The position numbers were made by a program, and so were the translations under genes. Under the pieces are notes generated by a model that saw nothing but the letters and a program-made list of their open reading frames with translations, ran no database searches and was not told where the DNA came from. Shown here piece by piece: positions 1 to 9,791 of a stretch of DNA of 14,796 nucleotides (its first letter is position 1; every line of letters starts with the position of its first letter). The DNA is from Octopus sinensis (taxonomy: Eukaryota): the NCBI RefSeq assembly GCF_006345805.1, contig NW_021825642.1, positions 1 to 14,796 of the forward strand, read 5' to 3'.

Positions 1-337
1 CACATTATGCATATAGTTATGAGCACATGCACACATGCATATATTTTTCTGCACACTCATACTTCAATACACAGAATGTACGTGCATATGCATGTAAGAT
101 TTGAGTTATACGTATTTTGCGCATGCGCATGGGTATGCCTCCGTGTAGTTACGTGTGGTCTTATGAATATGTGAAGACATAAATTTAATTGTACATGCGT
201 ATTGATACCGGCATATGTCTTTGCATACACAATACATATACATGCAGTATATATATATATATGTGTATGTATGTTTTTATGTATGGTGTATTCTACACTG
301 TAATTGCTCCCTATGCTCAAATAACTGTCAAGCTCAC

Positions 338-430
338 CCATTTATTATAAATCTCTCTTAAACCAGCATCCTTAGTTTTGTCCGAAATTTTATATATTTT
401 TTTTTGTAATTCATTATTTGTTTCTGACAT
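338..430 (-). CDS. Probable first coding exon, 31 codons (MSETNNELQKKIYKISDKTKDAGLREIYNKW); possibly a METTL27/WBSCR27-like methyltransferase N-terminus
   Basis: Minus strand reads GCAAA-ATG at 430-428, then 93 nt of open non-repetitive frame ending in TGG, followed by a phase-0 donor TGG|GTGAGC (337-332). A branch-point-like CGCTAAT lies at 476-470, with AG acceptors at 436-435 and 533-532 (the latter after a long T tract). The terminal Y-N-K-W resembles the FYDRW(A) motif of METTL27; that identity is a tentative recollection. Confidence 0.5.
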
Positions 431-649
431 TTTGCTTTTATTAAATTCATGCAGCAAATGTCATTGTTTATTAGCGTAAAGCAAAAAAAAAAAACCAAAC
501 AAACAAAAACAACAAAAAACATAAAAAAAAACTGAAAAAGAAAAAAAACACTCCAGAAATCCAAACAATACAAAATATAATAATTATATAACATGCTAAA
601 AGAATATCACTGATAATAAATAATATATTCGTTAAAAATACTATAACAA

Positions 650-863
650 TAGCAATAATAATAATAATGATAGTAATAATAATAATGATAATAATAATAA
701 TAATAATAATAATAGTAATAATAATAACAATAATGATGATGATTTCAAAAGCCAGCAAGATCGGGGTATCAGGTAAATCGCTTACATCAACCCCAGTGCT
801 CAACTGGTACATACTTTATGAACCCCGAAACGATAAAAAGCGAAGTCGGCCTAGGCGGAATTA

Positions 864-926
<63 letters not shown>

Positions 927-956
927 GAATAAAAATAAAAATTAATAATAATAATA

Positions 957-988
<32 letters not shown>

Positions 989-996
989 AATAATAA

Positions 997-1048
<52 letters not shown>
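650..1048. repeat. Compound trinucleotide microsatellites: (AAT)n 650-742, (ATT)n 865-924, (AAT)/(GAT)/(AAT) 944-1048
   Basis: Directly visible; source of the poly-Ile, poly-Leu and poly-Asp ORFs. Confidence 0.97.
743..862 (-). mobile_element. 5'-truncated, decayed SINE fragment, same family as 8701-8851, 9310-9521 and 9538-9773
   Basis: Reverse complement AATTCCGCCTAGGCCGACTTCGCTTTTTATCGTTTCGGGGTTCATAAAGTATGTACCAGTTGAGCACTGGGGTTGATGTAAGCGATTTA aligns to the 9538 copy (AATTCCGCCGAGGTCGACTTTGCCTTTCATC...). It ends in TTTGAAA followed by (ATC/ATT)n. Confidence 0.88.
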
Positions 1049-1990
1049 GAAAACAGGGTTTTAAAAAATAAGAATCAAAAAAGTTTCTTGTTTCGAATTA
1101 AAACCGTATAATTATCGCATATTTCACAGATTTACAGCTCTCGTCATCCCACTCGCACTAATAAAGCTATTGACATGGATAAACGTTTGGTTTGATATTA
1201 TCCCTATTATCTTCATTGCTATTTAGCCATTTATGAAGAGACACATACATGCATATACGCACGCGCGCATACACACGTAACTATATATATATGTACGTGT
1301 TGTATACATACATGCATTCATACATGTAGATGAATATATACAGACATACATATTTATATACATATATATATATATATGTATGTATATATATATTTATATA
1401 CTGCCATACATATATGTGTTGGGGGAGTAATTTTTTGTCGCCGTGTAAAATGAATATGTATACATATATTAATATATATACCAATGTGCATATGCTTGTA
1501 TACAAACACAGACATATATATACGTATTATGCATAACAGGCATATATTTGTGTATATAGATATATATATTATATATATATCTATTATATATATTATATTG
1601 GTATATCTGTACATGTAGATAATGCATATATATAATATCTATAATATATATAATATATATATATATATACACATGCATACATACACACACATAATCATCG
1701 TTAATTTATACGTTAATTATAAACGATTTAATCTAATCTGCTATAAAGTTGTTCGGTCAGAGTGTTACTCGGAAATTTGAAGACGGAAGAGGAAGAGGAA
1801 GAAGATGAAGCGAGCAATTATCAGATACACAAACAAATAAAATAAAACAAAAATAAAATGAAATAAAATAAAATAAGCTTTAAAAACTCTATAATAAACT
1901 ACGGAAAAGAAACAGCGAAAATGAAACTAAAATTATTTAAAATACAAACCGACAAAAAACTAACAGTCATACGACTCAAGTTTTATGTGC

Positions 1991-2000
1991 AATATGGCGG
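1991..2000 (-). promoter_or_regulatory. YY1/Pleiohomeotic-type motif CCGCCATATT in a locally CpG-richer non-repetitive patch
   Basis: Exact match to consensus CCGCCATNTT on the minus strand. Single motif only; function not demonstrated. Confidence 0.25.
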
Positions 2001-2743
2001 ACATGCCGTGTGAAATTATGTTTGGAAGGGATTAAAATAATCGGGAGAATGGCTTAAGTAAATCAATGTTTTAAATGCATTTATGTGAATCTCCTAAATA
2101 TAGTAGTGGTAACTAAGACCATTTTCTGTAATCTGAAAAGATAAACTTTGATATATTTATATCTGAAGAATATTTTTAAATGTTATCTGATTTGTTTGAT
2201 TAAAAGGGGTTTTCGGCTTACAAATACATGAGCTGTGTGTGTGTATGCTTGTTGCTGTGCTTGTATAAGCATCTGTGTGTGTGTGTTTGCGCGTGGGTTG
2301 TAAGTGTATGTGTGAAATTATGAATACACATTTAATATAACTGAGCTTGGCTGTACATAATATATATATATATATATATTATATATAATATATATACAAT
2401 TCCTTCTAGAAACTATCTTAAGTATGTCCTTGAGAACGATTATTTATGTAATCTTTTGTGCCCAATATTCTTAGGAACTTGTTGAACTTTTTATATCCTT
2501 AAATGTCCCTGTTACCAAAGACTGTATATATGTAACGTAAGCAATTTTGCAACAACCAATAATTAACGCAACCAAACTTCTACATGTTACTTTTGGACAA
2601 TCTTTTTCCAAAGAGTGAACCGGTAAAGTAAATAAAATCTTTTAAATTGCATTTTCAAACCTTCTTTCGTATATAATTCCACTCGTGCGGTACCCCACAA
2701 CTCCACTTTGTTATATATATATATAATATATATAATATATTAT

Positions 2744-2800
2744 GCAACGGCGGTACATCAGCATGGCCGCACCTCTGAGCTGAAACAAGACAAAAAAATA
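2744..2800 (+). mobile_element. 3' tail fragment of the SINE family at 2802-3049
   Basis: GGCGGTACATCAGCATGGCCGCACCTCTGAGCTGAAACAAG followed by an A-rich end matches my recollection of this octopus family's tail (GGCGGTGCTCCAGCATGGCCGCAGTC...CTGAAACAAG). Confidence 0.7.
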
Positions 2801-2801
2801 T

Positions 2802-3049
2802 GCGTACGAATGGCTGTGTGGTAAGTAGCTTGCTTACCAAGCACATGGTTACGGGGTCAGTCCCACTGTGTGGCACCTTGGGCAAGTGTCTCTTCTACTA
2901 TTGCCTCGGGCCGACCAAGGCCTTGTGAGTGGATTTGGTGGACGGAAACTGAAAGAAGCCCGTCGTATATATATATATATATGTATGTGTTTATCCTCCC
3001 CAACATCGCTTGACAACCGATGCTGGTGTGTTTACGTCCCCGTAACTTA
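2802..3049 (+). mobile_element. tRNA-derived SINE with CORE-like segment and internal (TA)n, 3'-truncated
   Basis: A-box-like TGGCTGTGTGG at 2811-2821 and mutated B box GGGTCAGTCCC at 2854-2864. GTGGCACCTTGGGCAAGTG (2870-2888) resembles the MIR/CORE motif GTGACCTTGGGCAAGT. The copy breaks into (TA)n after GTAACTTA. Confidence 0.88.
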
Positions 3050-3283
3050 TATATACATATACTTATATATAATGGCACCTAGCTTTCTATAAGATATCGC
3101 ATAATCCATAAACTGTTACCGTTCCACAACGAAGAAACAGCTGTAAGCAAATGATGCATTTACGTAACTCCTCTTCTGTCGTCTTCCATTAACTAATATT
3201 ACATTCTAACACTTTATGCGAAAGCAAATGTATTTTGAGTTGTAACAATTATTACTAGTATAGCTGTGTAAGCGAATTCGTAC

Positions 3284-3316
<33 letters not shown>

Positions 3317-3547
3317 ATGAGTGTATAATACATCTTTCAAGAGGAGGAACGCAAAATATATACAACTATTAATAAGATTTGTGTATATTAAAACGCTACT
3401 ATTCGCAACCTTCATCTCCTTCGATTTCTACCAGCAAAAACGAATTACTTTACAACATTCGATGTTTTTAAACTCTTATGTCATAACTATGTTTTTTTTC
3501 TCCGTGTATATATTATATATACAGCTATACACCTACACCCCACAGAC

Positions 3548-5010
<1,463 letters not shown>

Positions 5011-5231
5011 AAATATAGTTAGTTATTTCTATATGTTATATTCATAAATATGTGTGTGTATAAATTTGTATATATATGAGAGGTATTGGTATATAGAAAA
5101 CCTAAACAGTGTCAGGTAACGCTAAGTGCTATGGACAGACCGTAGTTAAACTTTTGGTTCGATAGCGTTACAAGTGAGGAGTCTGATGTGGGTCTTGTAT
5201 TATATACATATATACATATAAATATATATGT

Positions 5232-5265
<34 letters not shown>

Positions 5266-5410
5266 CACACACACACTAATCCCTCGACTATCGTGGGTGT
5301 TGCGTTCCAAAACTAAAAAAAAAACAATATATACCCTATATATTACAACATGTATAATTAATAGTAGCACAAGTAGTCTAGATATCAAAAGGCAATCTTT
5401 ATATCCAACT

Positions 5411-5759
5411 TAACGTGGATGTTGTGTTAGAACCCAAGATACTTCGATATTTACCTTGAGAGGATTACCACTTTAGACTCATGATGCTTAAAGCCAGACA
5501 CTTACACACATAAATATATATATATCGTTGGTCAACTAGAATAATTTCTTACGTGTACCGTGATTTCGACGTACCTCATCTCCTCAGTGGCAGCCATCCA
5601 GCAGCCGCATACCAACGAAATCTTACTGACAATTATGTATAAAATATCAGTGTCTTTACAGGCACTGATGTTGTATATAGCCAGCAGGTTAATTAAAAAG
5701 ATAATTATTAATGACAGAAGCAGTATGAGTAATATAAGGCGATCTTTATATCCAACTTA
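5411..5759. mobile_element. Degenerate copy (unit A) of the foldback element at 5758-6106, in direct tandem
   Basis: Left end 5411-5455 is 40/45 identical to the reverse complement of 6062-6106. Loop sequence CTCCTCAGTGGCAGCC (5580-5595) is 14/16 identical to 5918-5933. Patchy colinear matches continue across the right half (ACTGACAATTA, CTTTACAGG, ATGAC..TATGAG, ATCTT). Confidence 0.7.
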
Positions 5760-6106
5760 ACGTGGATGTTTAGTAGGAACGTTGAATACTGCGCTATTTA
5801 CTTTCAAAGAACCTTTCATACAGACGCATGACGCACTCGCATTTATATTACTGATAGACAAGAACGTCTGCAACGTTTGCCGGAACAAACAGATCACGTT
5901 ATTTCACCCTGCTTGGGCTCCTCAGTTGCAGGCGCCCGAAGCAGGGCGAAACTACGTCAACTGGCATTTAGAGCAGCCTTTGCAGGTTCTCGTTTGTCAG
6001 TGACATAACATAATTACACGTGCCTTTATACATGACGGATTTATATGAGAGGTTCTTCCGGGGTAAATAACGCAGTATCTTGTGTTCTAAAACTACATCC
6101 ACGTTA
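5758..6106. mobile_element. ~349-bp foldback/MITE-like element (unit B): an imperfect palindrome with ~165-bp arms and a 15-nt loop
   Basis: Termini TAACGTGGATGT...ACATCCACGTTA form a perfect 12-bp inverted repeat including flanking TA. The arms pair colinearly inward (ATACTGCG.TATTTAC; AAGAACCT.TCATA; ACTGA.A.AC.AGAAC; CTGCAA). Central stem CCCTGCTT-GGGC 5907-5918 pairs with GCCCGAAGCAGGG 5934-5946. No coding capacity. Confidence 0.8.
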
Positions 6107-6198
6107 GCTAAACATTACATGTTAATACATTCAGTGTGGTTAAAGAATACTGAAGCGTAAATCGTTGAACATCATACATTTGAAAGTTAATTTTATAA

Positions 6199-6237
<39 letters not shown>

Positions 6238-6253
6238 CATACTACATACAAAT

Positions 6254-6305
<52 letters not shown>

Positions 6306-6456
6306 GATATATGCATATATGTATGTATATTGTATATGTACACACATATATCTACATCTGTCTATCTTTATATATAGGAAATATATGATATATGTATGTA
6401 TATATGATATATGTATACGTACACCCACCCACAGACATATATATATATATATATAT

Positions 6457-6507
<51 letters not shown>

Positions 6508-6832
6508 GGAGAAAGAGAGGCAGAATGACAAAGTTAGAAAGGAGGAAGGAAAGTGGTAGATAGAAAGAGAGAATGAGATTGAGAGAGAGAGGGAGAGAGG
6601 GAAAGACGGAGAGTTTTCTGGAAAAAAAATGCACCGGTTGGAGAGAAACGTCAATGATATGGTAAATGAATAAAAGAAATGAAAAGTAAGAAAAAAGAAA
6701 AAAAGCATTGGTTTCATTGATCCATTCTGAAGAATATCCATTCCGTTGGTGCCATGCCAACTTTGACACTTCAAAATAGAAGAAAACGCCTCTGTCGGTC
6801 ACATTTTTTTCAAATTGGCTTTTATTAAATTA

Positions 6833-7204
6833 CTAGCAGTATCGCCCGGCGTTGCTCGGGTTTGTAAGGGAAATAACTATAAAGCATTTTTAGAGAGTTA
6901 TAGCCAAAAAATGGAAAAAAAAATTATGGTAAATTTTTTTTTAGTTAAAAAGGTCGAGTTGCGTCCCTAGACAGTCTGTGGTTTGTGTTTCTGATTCTCG
7001 ACCCCATGTCGAATTTATCGATTTTTTTTCAGAACTGGGGGAACTTTTCAAAATTTTCGCTGCGTTAGTTTTGAATTATGACATTGGGCTATGTGTGTGT
7101 CAAGTTTCATCAGAATCGGTTGAAAGCCGTGGTCAGGGTGAGGGTACAAGCAAACAGACACTCAGAAACACGCACAGACAAACTGCCGTTTATATAGAGA
7201 GAGA
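6833..7204 (-). mobile_element. Non-autonomous Helitron, 372 bp, both ends intact
   Basis: Minus strand begins with TC at 7204-7203 and ends with CTAG at 6836-6833. A 16-nt GC-rich hairpin CCCGAGCAACGCCGGG (6860-6845) lies 8 nt before the CTAG. Inserted between A and T with no TSD. These are the canonical Helitron hallmarks. Confidence 0.9.
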
Positions 7205-7322
7205 TTCCTGCCGTACACAAGGTGTTTTCAGTCAGTATCTACACACACACATACACACACATACACACACACACACACTCACACACACTCACACACACAC
7301 CATACACACACACACACACCAT

Positions 7323-7777
7323 ATACACACATACATGAATATATATCATGGATACATATATATATGTATATATGTGCATGTGTGTATATACATACGTTTG
7401 TGCGTATATTTGTGTATATATGTGTGTATATATTTGCATATATAACACGCACTCACACATACACACACACGCACAGATACACACACATACATGAATATCT
7501 ATCATGTATACATATATATATATATGTGTATGTGCATGTGTGTATATACATGTTTGTGCGTATATTTGTGTATATATGTGTGTATATATTTGCATATATA
7601 ACACGCACTCACACATACACACACACGCACAGATACACACACATACATGAATATCTATCATGTATACATATATATATATATATGTGTGTATGTGCATGTG
7701 TGTATATACATGTTTGTGCGTATATTTGTGTATATATGTGTGTATATATTTGTATATATATAACATACTCACACACA
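7323..7777. repeat. ~2.9 tandem copies of a 156-bp unit built from mixed TA/TG/CA microsatellite
   Basis: Anchor GAATAT(A/C)TATCATG recurs at 7337, 7493 and 7649, an exact 156-bp period. Confidence 0.92.
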
Positions 7778-7905
7778 CGTACGCCGGGAGATGTAAAAGA
7801 GAGAGAGAGAGAGATGCATAGGCATATGTATATAGTTGTGTATGCATGTGTGCATCTGTGTGTGCGTGTGTGTAAACAGATGAGTGGCAAAGTCTGAGTT
7901 CCGTA

Positions 7906-8342
7906 TGTGTGTGTGTGTGTGTGTGTTTGTGTGTGTATGTGTGTATGTGTTGTGTGTGTTTATGTGTGTGTTTGTAAGTGTGTGTGTGTTGTGTTGTGTG
8001 TGTGTAAGTGTGTGTATGTGTGTGTGGTAGTGTGTGGTATGTATGTGTATGTTGTGTATGTGTGTGTGTGTATGTGTGTGTGTGTACGTTGTGTGTGTGT
8101 GTGTGTAAGTGTGTGTAGTGTGTGTGTTGTATTGTGTGTATGTGTGTGGTGTATGTGTGTGTGTGTATGTGTGTGTGTGTGTATGTGTGTGTGTGTATGT
8201 GTGTGTATGTGTGTGTGTGTGTGTATGTATGTGTATGTGTGTGTATGTGTGTGTGTGTATGTGTGTGTGTGTAAGTGTGTGTGTATGTGTGTGTGTGTAA
8301 GTGTGTGTGTGTGTGTGTGTGTGTAAGTGTGTGTGTGTGTGT
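7906..8342. repeat. ~440-bp interrupted (GT)n microsatellite
   Basis: Directly visible; source of the CVCV and THTH ORFs. Confidence 0.97.
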
Positions 8343-8700
8343 ATGAGTGCGTTCTTTGTATTTGGGTGGGATTGGATTCTTTCGAACAGTCCATGGGATT
8401 GGTGAATATCCTTTCTACTTTCATCACCTCTCACTCCATCCTCCTTCTGTCAGTCAATCAGTCTGTCTCCCCCTCTCCCCCAGCTATTCCATCTCTCCTT
8501 AGCACCCGTTCCTCATCTAAGAACTCATAATTCCTCTCTCTCTCTCTCTCTCTCTCCCAGTTTCCTTATCCTCGTTTCAACTTCTCACTTGATCACTTCC
8601 AGCTGTTCCATATATTATTTGCACTCCCACTACACATTATTTCCATAAACTACTAATGACCCCCAGGTGTTCAATTTACTGTTAACCCTCCACCCCTTAC

Positions 8701-8851
8701 TAATTCTTTCTACTATTGGCACAGGGCCCCTAATTCTTGGGAGTGAATGTTAGTCATTTACATTAACCCCATTGCTGAACTGGTACTTACTTTATCGACC
8801 CCGAAAGGATGAAAGGCAAAATCGATCTTGACGGAGTTTGAACTCAGAACG
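8701..8851 (-). mobile_element. 5'-truncated SINE, family of 9310-9521
   Basis: Reverse complement CGTTCTGAGTTCAAACTCCGTCAAGATCGATTTTGCCTTTCATCCTTTCGGGGTCGATAAAG... aligns to the 9310 and 9538 copies. It ends in GGCCCTGTGCCAATAGTAGAAAGAATTA. Confidence 0.92.
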
Positions 8852-9043
8852 CAAAGGATTGCAACCCTCTCTCCCCTAATTAATCAACATTTTGGTGAAT
8901 GCCCCCAAGATATTCTACTTAATGGGTACCTACTTCCCTCTGTTTAAAATGTATTCTTGCTGATCATCCTCTCTCACGCTTCTCTCTGTCTCTGCATCTC
9001 TATCTCTCTCTCTCTGTATTTTTTCCCTGTCTATGTCGCTATC

Positions 9044-9145
9044 GTGGAGGTACATGGCCTAGTGGTTAGAGCAGCGGACTCGCGGTCGAGGGATCGCGGA
9101 TTCGAATCGTAGACCGGGCGATGTGTGTGTTTATGAGCGAAAACA
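9044..9145 (+). mobile_element. tRNA-like head only of the SINE family at 9930-10317
   Basis: Colinear with 9930-10033. A box TGGCCTAGTGG at 9055-9065, degenerate B box GATTCGAATCG at 9099-9109. Similarity stops after GAGCGAAAACA. Confidence 0.9.
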
Positions 9146-9187
9146 TCTCATCTCGGGAGATGCCTACGGAAAGAAAATGTGCGATAG

Positions 9188-9262
9188 AAGTAGTAGTAGT
9201 AGTAGGAGGAGGAGGAGGAGGAGGTGGAGGAAGAGCGGTGGTGATAGTAGTAGCAGCAGTAG
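9188..9262. repeat. Compound trinucleotide tract (GTA)/(GGA)/(GGT)/(GTA)/(GCA)
   Basis: Directly visible; abuts the left LTR end. Confidence 0.9.
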
Positions 9263-9309
9263 TGTTATATCAGCCCAACTGTAATATCATCAGTGACAAT
9301 ATTTCATGT
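9263..9309 (-). repeat. 3' LTR remnant (outer end), interrupted by SINE insertions
   Basis: TGTTATATCAGCCCAACTGTAATATCATCAGTGACAATATTTCATGT is 39/47 identical to 12073-12118. The LTR sequence resumes as GATGTGTGTC (9528-9537; compare 12114-12123) after the first SINE. Confidence 0.75.
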
Positions 9310-9521
9310 TGCAAGCTGGCAGAAACGTTACCACACAATGCGAAATGCTTAGCGGTATTTCGTCTGTCTTTACGTTCTGAGTTCAAATTCCGCCGAGGCC
9401 GACTTTGCTTTTCATCCTTTGAGGGACGATAAATTAAGCACTGTTTGCGTACTGGGGTCGATCTAATGGACTGGCCCCACTCCCCGAAAATTTCGTTTTC
9501 TTGTACCTTGAGTAGAAAAAT
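9310..9521 (+). mobile_element. Near full-length tRNA-derived SINE inserted in the LTR
   Basis: Head GCAAGCTGGCAGAAACGTT, B-box-like GAGTTCAAATTCC. Flanked by an 11-bp TSD with one mismatch: ATATTTCATGT 9299-9309 and ATATTTGATGT 9522-9532. Confidence 0.9.
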
Positions 9522-9537
9522 ATATTTGATGTGTGTC

Positions 9538-9773
9538 AGGCAGCGAGCTGGCAGAAACGTTAGCACGCCGGGCAAAATGCTTAGCGGTATGTCGTCTGAT
9601 CGCTACGTTCTGAGTTCAAATTCCGCCGAGGTCGACTTTGCCTTTCATCTTTTCGGGGTCGCTTAAATAACTACCAGTTACGCATTGGGGTCAATGTAAT
9701 CGACTTAATCCGTTTGTCTGTCCTTGTTCGTCCCCTCTATGTGTAGCCCCTTGCGGGGCAGTAAAGAAATAAG
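9538..9773 (+). mobile_element. Full-length SINE with the same head and body as 9310-9521 but a different 3' tail
   Basis: AGGCAGCGAGCTGGCAGAAACGTTAGCACGCCGGGC...GAGTTCAAATTCCGCCGAGGTCGAC...TAAAGAAATAAG. No TSD found. Confidence 0.92.
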
Positions 9774-9791
9774 GAACATTAGCACGCTGGC

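Noticed and set aside
118-129. Perfect NRF1/EWG-type palindrome TGCGCATGCGCA
   Set aside because: It lies in alternating purine-pyrimidine, microsatellite-derived sequence where such words arise by chance, with no other promoter support.
471-1111. Poly-Ile/poly-Leu ORFs that look like membrane or signal peptides
   Set aside because: They are translations of (AAT)n, (ATT)n and (GAT)n microsatellites plus a SINE fragment.
1994-2035. + strand ATGGCGGAC start (MADMPCEIMFGRD*)
   Set aside because: It stops after 13 codons and has no convincing splice donor.
5116-5171. 9-bp inverted repeat GTAACGCTA/TAGCGTTAC, possible pre-miRNA
   Set aside because: The 38-nt interior does not pair, and a 9-bp match is compatible with chance.
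5389-5770. Two 35-bp direct repeats with an internal palindrome, superficially CRISPR-like
   Set aside because: Only two copies, 347 bp apart, in eukaryotic DNA with no cas genes. The intervening sequence is homologous to the next unit rather than a unique spacer.
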